DNA of 64,000 nt from the human T2T-CHM13v2.0 reference genome, Homo sapiens, in NCBI RefSeq assembly GCF_009914755.1, contig NC_060932.1. One strand, 5' to 3'. The position numbers and the translations under genes are program-made. Positions 15,636-33,997 of the stretch are shown here, one piece after another (positions within the stretch are counted from its first letter, which is position 1; each line of letters starts with the position of its first letter). The notes under the pieces were generated by a model. That model did not search any database. It worked only from the letters and a program-made list of their open reading frames with translations, and had not been told where the DNA came from.

Positions 15636-16811
15636 ATCCCCATCTCATCTGGACCAAACCTCTTACTCCCAGGCCTGGCAGACCATCTCCACATCTGTGA
15701 CAGCCTGAGTTGCTGCATGTCTATGCAATTTCACTAAGACCTGCTGATCCAGCTTCACCTGAACTTGGGGTTACCACAACATCTGGCTTTGGACAGATTG
15801 GCATTTGAACTTTCTGAGCAGGAAACAAATTGAGAGAAAACTGGGTGTACAAATATTCATTACTTTCATGCTGTGTTATGACCTGTGTATGACTCTCCTC
15901 GTTCAATCCTGGGCCTACATTATATCTGTGATTCTGCTGAGTCATTGTTGGGAAATGAATTCCTACTTGCGTTGTCTATCAGCCAGTGAGCACAGTCCTT
16001 CTGGTTCCCTTTCATAAATACACTCTTTCCTCACATCCTTGAGGGTGAGAGAGTGTTGGCAGCTTCATTTATTTACTTTTCTTAACTCTTTCAAGACAAG
16101 ACTCAAATTTTTAAAATTTAGTTCCAGAAATAGTTGAGAAAAGCTGATATTTTACTTTTCAGGAAGAGAGTGACTTCCTCATTTCTGAAGGACTGCTTGC
16201 ACACTTCTGCTAATACATTTGCTTCTGGTGCACTCAGTGTGTGCTGAAGGGCTCAGGAATTTGGGCGGAGTGGTCTCCATTTGAAAATTGCCCACACTGT
16301 GGCCTGAGTGTTGGATCGTCAAGTGTGACGCATCTGATAGGAGAGACCCTGGACCTTGAGCCCCACAAGGGCAGTGGTGGCTGGTCTAGTCCATCACTGT
16401 ATTCTCAGTCTTTAGCACAGGGCCGAACACAGAAATATGCCTAATAAATATTTATTGCATGAGTGAATAGATTACCTTTATGAGAAATGTCGTGCCTTGG
16501 AAATGATGTTCAGTATCCTGTAGGAAACCACTTATCTTGATAAGCTAAAAAAATTACAATAAAAAAGCTGCTGCTCCAAATGTGGTAAAAACAAGTTCAG
16601 TGTTTTCTTTCAATTTCTATGTCAAATGTTAGTGTGAAAACAAGTTTACTATATGACCAAGTGAACTCTGCAGAACAAGGGCCAAGTCAGTAAGCAATGA
16701 ATTGTACATGTGCTTCCTCTGCATTTCATTTGAAATTTGGAAGCAAAGATAACATTTCAAAACCGGAAGTTTTTTTTCAGGACCATTTTTCCTACGAAAA
16801 GTAACATATGT

Positions 16812-16955
16812 TGGGCAGCAGGGTGGCTCACACCTGTATAATCTCAGCACTTTGGGAAGCCAAGGTGGGTGGATCAGTTGAGCTCAGGAGTTTGAGATCA
16901 GCCTGGGCAACATAGTGAAAGCCTGCCTCTATTCCTTCCTTCCTTCCTTCCTTTT

Positions 16956-17022
<67 letters not shown>

Positions 17023-17072
17023 CTCTCTCTCTCTCTTCTTTCTCTCTTTCTTTTCTTTCTTTCTCTTTCTTT
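16812..17072 (+). repeat. Alu left monomer followed by a (TTCC)n/(TTTC)n microsatellite
   Basis: Monomer at 16812-16930, then a pyrimidine tetranucleotide array at 16932-17072. Confidence 0.9.
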
Positions 17073-17089
17073 CTAAGCAAAACGTGTTT

Positions 17090-18773
<1,684 letters not shown>

Positions 18774-19341
18774 AAGATGTCTTTTCTTATACTCTCTTTG
18801 GGGTTCATTGACTGTACTTCACCAGTTTCTTAAGATGAATGCTGAGAGTACTGATATCCAACTCATCTTCTTTTTTAATATGTTCACTTAAGGTATGTAT
18901 GGCTCTCTAAGCATGACTTAAACTGGATCTTAGAAGTTTTGGTATGCGTGACTTTTCCATTGTGATTTCTTCTTTAACCCATAGATTATTTAATGTGTAG
19001 TTTTAAATGTCCAAATACAGAGAGGATTTCCAGCTAATCTTTTTTTGAAAAAAAAATTGGTTTCTAGCCTACTTCCACTCCTGAGAACGTATTTGGTATG
19101 ATTTCCATCTTATACCATAGAGACAATTTTTGTTTATGTGTCATGTGAAAAGTACACATAACTCGTGCACACTCATCATTCACCACTGATTATTATGATT
19201 GCTTTTGGAGTTGTTGTTGTTGTTGTTGTTTTGAGACAAGGTCTCACTTTGTTGCCCACGCTGGAGTGCAGTGATGTTATCTCAGCTCACTGCAATCTCA
19301 GCAGTGGAAAGTCTCCTACAGCAACTGTGGCTTTTTCTGTT

Positions 19342-19645
19342 TCAGTGCTATTCAAAATGTGTTCTGCTGGCCAGTGGTAGTCTCCAAACTGTCACCTGTC
19401 CAAGAGCACATAAGTTAGTGTGTTCTTGGAACGCACTGTAAATTGAAACAACCATTTAGCAACTTTATTAGCAATTTGACATTGCTGTGACATCTATGCA
19501 TTATGATTAGCGAATCTGTATTTCGTGTGTGTGTTTTTCATTTTCTCTATTAGTCAATTTTTATTGTGATTTTATAGGAGTATTAATCTGCAGCAGATTA
19601 GAAAATTTTAAATGTTCCTTCACCACAGATACTTTGAAAAACTTT
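19342..19645. mobile_element. hAT-Charlie non-autonomous element
   Basis: CAGTGCTATTCAAAATGTG start; internal actttattagcaatttgacattgc; ends ...tttgaaaaac. Confidence 0.55.
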
Positions 19646-19838
19646 TATTTTGTAGTTCTGGTAAATTTTGCTCTGTGTATTTTCACCTCTGTTATTAAAG
19701 ACATACAATCCTAGAAGTGCAAAATCTTCCCAGCATACTGCACATTTTTATCATTATGAATTATCTCTCTTCATCTGTAATAATACTTTTGCCTATATGA
19801 TATATAATATCATGAAAATCTAATTTTCATGATATTAA

Positions 19839-20243
<405 letters not shown>

Positions 20244-21739
20244 TAATTTTTTTTAAATCCTGCCTGACAAACTTTATCCTTTAATTGGTCGTTTTAGTTT
20301 ACTTATATTAAATGTAGTTATTAATGTGTTTAGATCTAATCTGCCCTTTTACTTCTCCTTTTTCTTACTGATCTATATTCCTTACTTCTTTCTTGCCTTT
20401 TTTGGGACTCCATATTATTTATTATTCCATTCCCCTCTTCCATTAGCTTGGTAGTTTTATATAATTTTGCTTTTCTATTTGTGCTTACCTCAGTGACTAC
20501 AATATACATTCTTCACTTAAAGTCTAACGTTGCTTGATATTTCTACTCTTTTCCAAGGTAATGCAAGAACCTTAGAAGCTTTTCACTTCGTTTATTCCCT
20601 CATGACTTATATGTAATTATTGCTGTTTAGTTCTTTATGTATATTTTACCCTAAGGGATTATTATATATATTACATATAAAAATATATTATTATTGTATT
20701 TTACCCTAATCCATTATTATTATTGTTTTATATAGTCAATGGTCAATTAAATTAGTCACATTAAATTAAATTAAATTAGTCACACCCTTTTTGTGCTCTT
20801 TATTTTTTCTTGCATCTCTGATTTTCAATCTGAGTTAATTTTTCTTCTGTGTGAAGAACAACCTCTTAGTTTTGATCTGTTGTAACATAACATGTCTCAC
20901 TTCTTTTAGTGACATTTAGAATTATTCTTTGGCAATTGTTTTCCTTCAGTATTTTGAAGATACCATTCCATCGTCTTCTAGCCCTTGTTACAGTTGAAAA
21001 GTCAGGGAACAGTTTGTTATGCCTTGGAAGGTATCTCTCTTTTTCCCTGGCTACTTTCAATATTTCTTCTTAGTCCTTACTTTGAGAAGTTTTACTATGA
21101 TAATTTTAATTTTATTTTTCATGCTTTGAATTTTGAGTGCTTCTGAAATCTGTGGCTTGATTTTCTTTCATTAGTTTTAGGCAATTATCAGCCATTATCT
21201 CTTCAAATATTGCTTCTACTTCATTTGGGCTTCTCCTTACTTTGAGAAGCCCCTTTTATACATATGTTAAAACTTTTTGCTATATCCTCTGTTTTTAATG
21301 CTCTTTTTTGTGTTCTTCCATTTTCCCCCTCCTTTCTGTGCTTTATTCTGAGCTATCTTCCAGTTTACTAAATCTCTCTTCAACTTTGTCTAAATTCTGA
21401 TTAAATTCATTCATTGAGTTCTTAATTTCACTTATTTTTAGTTTTAGAATTTCCATTTATTAAGGGTTTTTCTAGTTTCTAACCCACTACAAAATTATCA
21501 GTCTTGTATTTTATCTCAAATAAAGTAAGCACAATTATTTTAAATCTGTGGTAACTCTATTTTCTGTATCTTCTCTGGATCTATTTCTATTGTCTCATGT
21601 TTTCCATGAGTTTTAATAAAATCATCTGGTATCATTGTGTGCTTGGTTATTTTTTTAATTGCGTTTCAGACGCATATGCAATATACAATAATTTGAGGCT
21701 GACAAGGTGCAGTCCTTCCTCAGAAATTATTTATATTTA

Positions 21740-24454
<2,715 letters not shown>

Positions 24455-26965
24455 TACTTCTAGGATGTTGCTTAGGGTTATAACAATCCAGGATCAACCC
24501 AATACAATCAGGGTTGGAAATGACTGGAAACTGTTCAGTATGAGGGCTTATCTACTTCCACACTCACTATTCAGGCATAGCCCTTCAGGAATCCAAACCA
24601 ATGTACTGGGAGTTTACTAGAGGCTTTCCTTTCCAAATTGTCCTTTACTCCAGTTTTCATTCTCTTAGCTCCTTAAGGGTCTCAAAAGTGTTGTAGTCTA
24701 CAGCCTCTCAGCCATCTACTTTGAAACTGGCCAACACCTCCAGGGGTAAAGCATCCCCAGATGCTGTGTTTACCTCTCTGAGTTTCCTTCATCTCTTAGA
24801 TCTTGACCTTATTATTTTTCACTGACTTTTTGGCTCTCAGATACCTTCAAGGAGGTGTATTTTATACTTTTTCAGGTTTTCTGATTGTTTTTAGCAGGAG
24901 CGTTGATCTGAATTGCCTAGCCTATTATTGCTAGAAGACAAAGGTTCTTTTTAAAACTTAAATTCACTTGGAATGTATTTAATTTGGGGGTGAGTTATCA
25001 TGTTATTTCCAACATCATTACTTGAGTAATATTTTCATAATGATATAAACCATTACCATTATCATACTCTAAATGATTGTATAAATATTTGGGTCTGTTT
25101 CTGGAATTTTTATTCTGTTCTGCCCCTCTTTATATTTTTACACCAGAACCAAGAACCATGTCATTCAGTACTTACAGTCAATTGCCGTAATTGTGTAATA
25201 CATTTTAATATCTGGTGAAAGAAGACTTCCTTAGTTCTCTATTTTTTTTTTACAAATTTTTTTTTGGGGGTGTTTTTACCTTTGTTGTTTTGGATAAATT
25301 TTAGATTTTTAATTGTATCTATTCCCAAAAATTCCATTAAAATTTTGATGGAAATTTTATTAAATTTACATATTAATTTGAGAACTCACAATTTTCGATA
25401 TTGAGTTTTTAATGCAGCAACAAGGCATAAATCTCTATTTACACATATCTTTTTAAATTTATCCCAACCTGAGGCCAGGGAGCTGGGCTTTCATGCTACG
25501 AAACCAGCTAATCATAAGATAAGAGTGGCTTGGGGAGGTGCAAAATTCCTGGTACTTCTGGCTCTGTGCATGTGCGGGTAAAGTGTTCCAGTAACCTGAG
25601 GGAAATATTCCAAAGAAAAGTTCATAGTCACAAGTCATTGGAGGTAAAAACACACAAAAGCCAGGGAAACAGCACACATAAAACAGTCAAGGGGTCCAAG
25701 GGGATCTGGTGGGGTCAATAGTGTCTGTTATAACGTGTGTCTATTTTGGCATGTGTACATTTATCAGTCAAAAAATTTCATCAGTTGTGCTTGTTATTGT
25801 TTCTGGAAATCTGCCATGCCTACTCAGAGTGGCTTCTCCAGTGCTGTTCCCTGGGTAAACACTAGATTATTTCAGTTTCCTTCTTCCTTAACTTGAGTAT
25901 TACCTACAAACAAAGTATTGTAAACTTTACTTTGCTGTACGCCAATGTCTTTAACTTTTTACATTTTAGCACAACTTTGACTCTACAAGTTCCCCCAAAA
26001 TGTTTTGAAACACAAAATAATGAAAAAAAAGACCCCAAAACCAGTCAAGTGGAAATACTGGCAACAATAGAAGAGCATGGGGTTGTGGGGTGGAGGCTGG
26101 CAGCTGAAAGAGCAGGGAAGGCTATGGAGGCTGTGACAGATGGGGGTGTCATGAGGTGGGAAGGAGAGGCAAGATGGAATGTAAGAATTACACGTGTTTT
26201 GCCACACACATACACATGTAACACACATACAAACAGATGAATCCACAAAACCCCACATAGAGCAACCCAGAATATGGTAGGCCCGGTTTGAGCCTTTGCT
26301 ATTATCACTACAGAATTAATATGTATTAAAGACTCATAAGAAGATCCTTTGAATGAAGGAATAAGGAATAAGGAGTCTTGTAGGAAAACAGTCATCCAAA
26401 GAGAGGGAAGTTAGACTCTTCTAGAGTCAGAAAAGGAGAATGGTTTAAATGTAGCACATCTGTCATCAAGCTGTTCTTTCAGCTCAGGACTGAGTCTACG
26501 TTCTAAAGGAAGGGAACTGGGCAAAAACTGAATGACCTCTTCTCACAAAAGGTAATATGTGACAATGGGAGCACCATCCAGCTCTACATGGGAACCCTTG
26601 TAATGAACGAAGGTAAGGGACTTATCATAGCATGTAGGCTTAGATGCATCCATCTGCAGTGGGCATAGCTTCAGATCATCAGAGGGTTCTGGTATACCCT
26701 GGCTTCTGATACATCTGCAGAAAGTGGGTATCAGGGGCTCCACAAATAGAAGAAGAGGTGTTAGCATCAGTGGAGACCCCATGAAGCTTGGGAATATCAA
26801 AGACTGTGATGCAGGCATCTCTCCAGGAAGCTGGAGCAGCACAGGACGGGAGGAAGAGAGTGGATGTTGTGTAGCCCATGTTCATGAACACATGTGAGAT
26901 GCTTGCTGGAAACAGCTGGGAATGTGGTGAAGCCTGACTTTAAAGGAGAGAAGTCTACAGTTTCT

Positions 26966-27377
26966 TGTGTTAGTTCAGGTCCCCCAAAAAGTAGACACTA
27001 AGTCAGGATTAGATGAGCAAAGCATTTATTGAGGGCACTGCCTGTGAAGGAGAAGAAGGAAGAAGCCAACAACGCTGGGAAAACCATCAGACCATGATGT
27101 AGGTCTGACCCCTGTGAAGGAGGATTAAGTAGGAAGAGTCTCAGACTGTAGCCTTATTCCAAGAAAGTTTCAGCCAGGCTTCTGGGGAGTTCTTGAGGCA
27201 GCATCTCCTGGTTGAGGAGACCCAGGTCCTGCAGGAACGCCACCATGTTCAATCATTGGCTGGGAAGAGAACATGAGAAATCTGGCCTTGGTACAACGTG
27301 CAGAGGGACAATGTTGGAGCCATCAGACAACATCCCACTGCAGGAGATGAAGCAGCTCCTCTTAATGTTCATCACAG
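26966..27377 (-). mobile_element. ERVL/MaLR-class solo LTR
   Basis: TG...CA termini (tgtgttagttcaggtcc ... catcaca) with gtttc-like flanks; LTR16-group text (caggattagatgagcaaagcatttatt). Confidence 0.6.
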
Positions 27378-29739
27378 TTTCATGCTAGCAGATGGGACCC
27401 AAACAGGGAAATACTTGTTATAGTTTGTGAAGCCATATTTTGAACCCTGGATCTGTGCTGATCTAGATGAAGAAACTTGGGTTGCAAAGGGTTAAACTTT
27501 TTGGAACTTAAATAATTATACTCTTAGCTTTCAGAAATCCTTCATCCAGAACTATAACCTTCTTCCTCTGTGATACCCTTCTTCCTTGTGATGCCTATAA
27601 ACTGAGGCATGTCTAGAGTGGGGTATATTAGAACGCATCAAAGAGGTCCTGGAATTGCCAACAGCTTGTGCAGAGGTCATCAGAATGAAATTTTTCTGGT
27701 CTCGGTATATTGAAAGATAATAGATTGCTTAAATGTGTCTAAATGTACATATGTTGGCTAGCGAGACAGAGGTGAGGATATATGAAAGAACCCAGGTAAC
27801 AGATGAGAAGCAATCAACACCCCCTACTCCAGCCACTCAGAAATGCCAAGGGTTTGAAAGTTGTCTGAGGATTCAAAAGTTGTCTAAATAATAGAAAAAC
27901 TGCTCAGCATGTCCAAAATTCCAGAACATTGGTGGCCCCTCCCCTAGAAAGGATTTTAACGGACTGAAAATCTGGCCAATATGCATTTACGATGACACCA
28001 TTTGTCTGGACTGTCAATTCAAGAATTATTTGTTAAACTAGTGCTTCAGCCACAGCAGGTTGAGCATGTTTACCAACACACAGCACCCCGGGGGTTACCC
28101 CTGGAAAGTGAGAGAGGTAAACATAGGGCAGGTAAAAGGAAGTGCCTAGGTGGTGGCAACTTACTGAACCTGTTATATCAAGAGGTAAAGACAGCCAAAA
28201 ACATAAATAGCACCTCTATTAAAAAGCTGAGATAAGTTTATGCCTGATAGATCACTAGCTGTGATTTAAAGGTGTTCTTCTTTAATCTTTTGAGGGTGAC
28301 ATCAGAGAGATTATCCTGTTTGTCCCACAGCATAATCTACTGGGGCCTCTGTAAAAACCAGATTGCTGGATCAGATGTACAGTGGTTATAATTTAATGAT
28401 TCTCAAGTGAATGAATGAATGTGAGGAAATTCTAAGGCAGCCATTTGTACTAGGCTTAGCTCATCACATTTTTATTTGTGGTGCAGGGCTCTTCAGACAA
28501 GAAGACAACTTCATGAGCACTGCCCACGCATCTTTACCTGCTTGGCTCTAGGGCAGTTCCCTTTTATGCAGGGTATTGAAGCAGAGGCTGGAGCTCCTGG
28601 AAGAACTGAGGTTGTCTAAACCCTATCCCAACTCAAAGAAACAGGTAGCTCTGGTTGGAGGGATGGGGGTTTGAGAGATGAGTGGAAACCGCAGGTGACC
28701 TGTGTCCATCCTCCTTCTCTGTCCCCATTGAAATCTCCAAGGCCCCAATTCAGGGCATGATGTGAGAACCACTGTGGCCAAGGAAATCAGTCTACTTAGA
28801 GTTGGACTAGATGACTAGTGGTGTCCTTCCAGCCCTAGGACTGCATAGTTGGCTGTGTGACTCATGCCACATATGTCAGTCTGAGTTCTCTGGTAAACAC
28901 AGATTGACCTGTCTATAAGGCAGCATGGTGAGCTGGATAGAACATGAGCTGTGGAGTTAGAAGGCTTGGGCTCCTCTGGTCTTGACTCTGACATTTTCCA
29001 GGTGTGTGACTTTGGCAAATAACTTCTCCAAGACTCAGTTTTTTGGCCTTTGAAATGGGGAAAATAACATCTACCTCAAATAATTGCTGGGAAGCTTCAG
29101 TGAGATGCCCACATGGTCTTGGCAGAGACAGGACAGACCTGCACACACACACATTCTCTAGGAGCTCTTGTCTGGTTTCCGACACTCTTTTGTATCTTGG
29201 CTCCCCACATTCCCCTTAAGGCTTCTGCCTTTGGCCACCCACTTTGTTTATACCTTTGGAGCCCAATATCATTGGATCCTAGAGACACAAGCCTTATAGT
29301 CACCCTTTAACTCAACCTACAACCATGAGTGTAAGGCACCAGGACACTCCTCAGACTGTCCTTGCAGACTCTAGCTGCTGGAGAGGAGATTGGTTGGAGT
29401 CTCCAGGCCCCAAGGCCCTCTTGGTTTCTGGCCTAGCTCAGAGTTGGCTTTTCTGCTGGAACTTGGGTTCTGAGCCTTCCCAAAACTGAGAGAACATGTC
29501 GTGGCTTCACGCTCCACACTCCAAAGCTTTCTGCCATTTAGATCCAGGCAACTGAATTATTCATCCCAAATAAGCATTGGTTCCGACCACAAGCCACTGG
29601 GGGAAGTTTGCAGAGAATGGCATGTACAGAGAGGACCAGACATTAGCTGGGACCCAAGGGTAAGAAGACAGATTAGGCTCACCCCAAATGAGCCATGACT
29701 GCATAGAACAAAAGGAAAAGGCACAGAGGATCCACTCCT

Positions 29740-29910
29740 CTAGCTAGGCATGATGGCATGCATCTGTAGTCCTAGCTACTCAGGAGACTGAGGTGTAAAG
29801 ATCCCTTGAGCCCAGAAGTTCAAGACTACAGTGAGCTATGATCGCACCATTACACTCCAACCTGGGTGACAGAGCAAGACGCTGTCTCTAAAAAATAAAT
29901 TTTAAAAGAG
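29740..29910 (+). mobile_element. Alu right monomer (FRAM/AluJ)
   Basis: Right-arm consensus; flanks ATCCACTCC. Confidence 0.8.
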
Positions 29911-30991
29911 AGTGAAAATCCACTCCAGCTATGAGCCTGGAAAGCAACAAAATTTTAAGGAGGAAAGAGCAGTGGCCCGAGAGTCGAGAGAGCTAAGCTC
30001 CTATCTGGCTTGACTAGAATCCAGCTGTGAGTTACAGCTTCTTGATTTCCTCATCAGTAAAATGAAGAGATTAGATGAAGCAATTCTTATAGGAATGAAC
30101 CTAGGAATACAGGGCCCTGAATTTCCTGCATTATTTATTCTCTAGTGTCCCACCCATACAGGCACATGGGGAAATGGATGGAAAGCCAAGTCTACCAATC
30201 TGGCTTACTTGGCAGAAGAGATCCTCAGTTCTTAAATCTAGTGGAAAGAATACCTTGGACTTATCACAAAATGTGTGCTAAATAAGGCGCCACTGATACC
30301 TACAGTACATGTTTTTATAATTCCTTAATCTCAGGAGACTGGCTCCCTTCTCTTCATTGTGAAGGAGTCAGCAGGTGTGAAAGGGTGCAGGGTACCAAGT
30401 TATAGAGAGAGCAGGTTTGTCAAGCCCATCGGAGTGGAAACTGGGTAATTTGATCTGGGAATATTAGATAAGCAAACAGATCTGTTAATGGTAGAAAACA
30501 GTACTGGTTCCACAAACTAAGAAGGGAGATTGGACCAGACATAAAGTCACCCTTTCCTCCTCAGAGGCAATGGTTTCTACCTTATTATTGATAAATATGA
30601 GACTGGCATTTACCTCTTACGTGGAACATGAGGCAGTATGGTGGCAGTGAGTTCCACATGTCGAGAAGCCTGGCAGCAAACAAGAATAACAGAATTTAGC
30701 AGAAAGAAGGTGAGCAAACAAGAAGCAAGAACCCCAGTGATTCTGAAGTAGGGAATCCAGGGAGCACCTTCTGGGCTTGCCTGGAGGGTTTTGGGGCAGG
30801 CAGGATTGGCCCTGGAGTCCTTCTCACTGGCGTCTCACTTGGCCTTTCTAATGTGTATGAGGAACTTCACTGGATCAAATCACTTACGTAAAAACTTTTT
30901 ATATTCTGTGTGCCACATAAGCATCTTATATCAGCCTTCCTGTGTTGAAGGCTGTCTTCAGAAGCTTTCTAAAGGCAGAACCAACCAATTA

Positions 30992-31030
30992 ATGATGATG
31001 ATGATGATGATGATGATGGTGATAATGATA
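30992..31030. repeat. (ATG)n microsatellite at the edge of a MIR
   Basis: atgatgatg... ~9 perfect units. Confidence 0.9.
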
Positions 31031-31618
31031 TCTAAGTGCTGGAAACTCTCCCAAGCACTGTAAGTATATTTTTTCATTTAATCCTCACAACAACTCCTTG
31101 AGGTAACTATTATTATCATTATTTTACAGTAGAGAAATTGAAGCTCAAAGAATTGAAGGAATTTACTCATGGTTACAAGGCTACTTGGTGGTGAAGCTGG
31201 GACTCCAACCCAGGATTATTTGCACCCAAATCCATGCTCTCAGTTAATATGCCATACAATGCAGCCAACAGTGAACAGAAGGCATTTGATGAACACTTAC
31301 CAGTGACCAACATCTCTCAAGCACTTTACCTCTAAAATCTCATTTAAATACAGTAGTCCATAAAGTAGGTGCTATTATTATTGTTCTTATTGGCATTACA
31401 GGAGAAGACAAGGAGGCTTGACAGGTTTAGCAACCTGTCCAAAGTTACATGGGAACGCAAGCTTGTCGCATTGCATTCCCTAGATTTTGGATGCAACCCT
31501 GGGCAGCTTGTCACTGAGTTAAACTGAGACAGTAACGTCCTGACTCTCACTGACTCTGCAGCACCTGTATTGTGTGTTGTAAATAATCCAATTTTCCAGG
31601 GTAAATCCTATTTGGTAA

Positions 31619-31950
<332 letters not shown>

Positions 31951-32875
31951 CTTTCAACTTTATACTTTAACTGCCTAAGGCCCTTCCCACAGGGGTAATG
32001 TTTGGTACGTAGTGGACTGCCAACAGTTTGGACATTGGAGCAGTTTCATCTCACCCCTACTTATGCTTGGGTTTGGAATATTTATTACGCGCTACCGGGA
32101 ACTTCCCAGGCAAAGGCAATCTGCCCTGTGTAAATTGAAGGGGGAGGAGCTTTATCCCCACATGGAACTTTGTCTAAAGCTTTTCAAAACTGCTATGTTG
32201 CCAATGCAACATTTATTTTGCTCCTATTTAACCTCTTGCCAGGAGGTTAGTAGGGGCCAACCTCAGAACAATGCTGGCTCTTATAAGTTGAGCCTCTGTG
32301 TCATAAAGGGCTTTAGGATTTCCTAACACTAGACCTCCATCTGACGAAAGTTCTAGTCTAGTCCAGGCTTCCTGTCCCCAGACGTTGTATTGCCTCACCC
32401 CTTCCAGATCTGCACTTTTGAAAAGACCCACTAAAGCGTTTCTAATGTCCACCTCCATTTCCTTCAGCAATTGTGGATATAGGCTTCCTGGAGTGTTATC
32501 AGTATGAAGAATCTCGAGCAATTTCTGATGTAATCTACCCCTTCCCAAATCCTCCTCACCAGCCCATTGTCATTTGATTCCAGATTAAGAAAATATCAGT
32601 TCTTCCTCACAAATGGTGTGGGGTGCTGGAAGGGTTTCATGATATCTTTGTCCTTATCTGTTGTAGAACACATTATCCTTTGGCATTTGAGGAAGAAATT
32701 ACTTTTGCATCCTTAATCGTGGCTTATTGTTAATTGTTTTTGTTCCTTTGTATGCTTCAAAATGGCTATTTGCCTCTTTCTTCCTATAACTATACCTTGT
32801 CTTTAAGAACCAGGACCTTGGCCAAGTCAGTTCACTCAGCATTAATGTCCTCATCTATCAAGCAGTTGGATGAGA

Positions 32876-33190
32876 CCAGGGGCCAGCAACCTTTTACTGG
32901 AAACGGCCAGATTGTAAGTATTTTAGGCTTGTGGCCCATATTATAGGCTTGTCTCCATGGCAACTACTGAACACTGCCATTGTCGTGTGAAAGCAGCCGC
33001 AGACAATACACAAACAAGTGAGCCCGGCTGTGTTCCAGTTCAACTTTATTTATGGACACTGAAGTTTAAATTCCACATAATTTTCATGTTTCCCGAAATA
33101 CTATATTTTTCCAACCACTAAAACTTGTAAAAAGCCATTCCTAGTGTGTGAGATACACAAAATCAGGCAGTGGTCCAGATTTGGCCCTGG
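32876..33190. mobile_element. MER58-like hAT-Charlie MITE
   Basis: CAGGGGCCAGCAACCTTTT start, gtaagtattttaggctt, ggctgtgttccag and ccagatttggccc. Confidence 0.75.
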
Positions 33191-33819
33191 ACAAAATGAT
33201 TTCCTCCTTATTCAAAGTATCATGACACCCCAGAGCCAGAGGGGGCCTTAGAAACAGACAAGCACGGTCACCTTGTGAGCTACAGAAGGAAACCGCAGCC
33301 CAGAAAGGTGAAGTGACTGACACACACCTATGTAGCTGGCAGGGCAGTAGAAGCTGAAGTCAGGCCAAGAGCCTGACAATAAAGTCTACGACAGTGCGTC
33401 CCTCCAGCATTGTCAACACATACGCTGGGCTCCATTTATTAGCAGAATGAGATCATTTTAGAGTTACAAGTTTGGGAATGACTCTTTACTCCTGCCTGGA
33501 AATAGCATTTTATATCTTTGTATTTCAGTAAAAACATGATTGTGAGCACTTTGTCTGAATGAACATAGAAACTCCTCACTTTGGTAAAACTCCAAAGAAT
33601 TTTTGTTGTTTATGATTTTTTTGTTGTTATGATTAAGGCCAAATTAGACAACAGCTTAAATCAAGCCAGTGCAATTTACAGAAGCCCAGCATTTTTCAGG
33701 CTAGTCAAGTGATATAGAAAACCAACATTTGTGATACTTGAACTGAAAAGAATTTAAGTAAATTTATCTTGAAAATTTGGGGGGATGAATTGGACTAAAA
33801 TATTAGATGGAAGAGTAAT

Positions 33820-33997
33820 CACAGACACACACATACACACACACTCATACACACACATACACTGAAATACACACACACACACCTACACACATACACTCAT
33901 GTACACACATACATTCATACACACACATACACACACGTACACACACTCACATACACACATACAGACTTACATACACACTCACATACACACACACACA
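33820..33997. repeat. Imperfect (CA)n microsatellite
   Basis: Direct inspection. Confidence 0.9.

Noticed and set aside
20640-20785. Small local direct duplications (TATTTTACCCTAA; AATTAAATTAGTCACA)
   Set aside because: Ordinary slippage in AT-rich L1 sequence.
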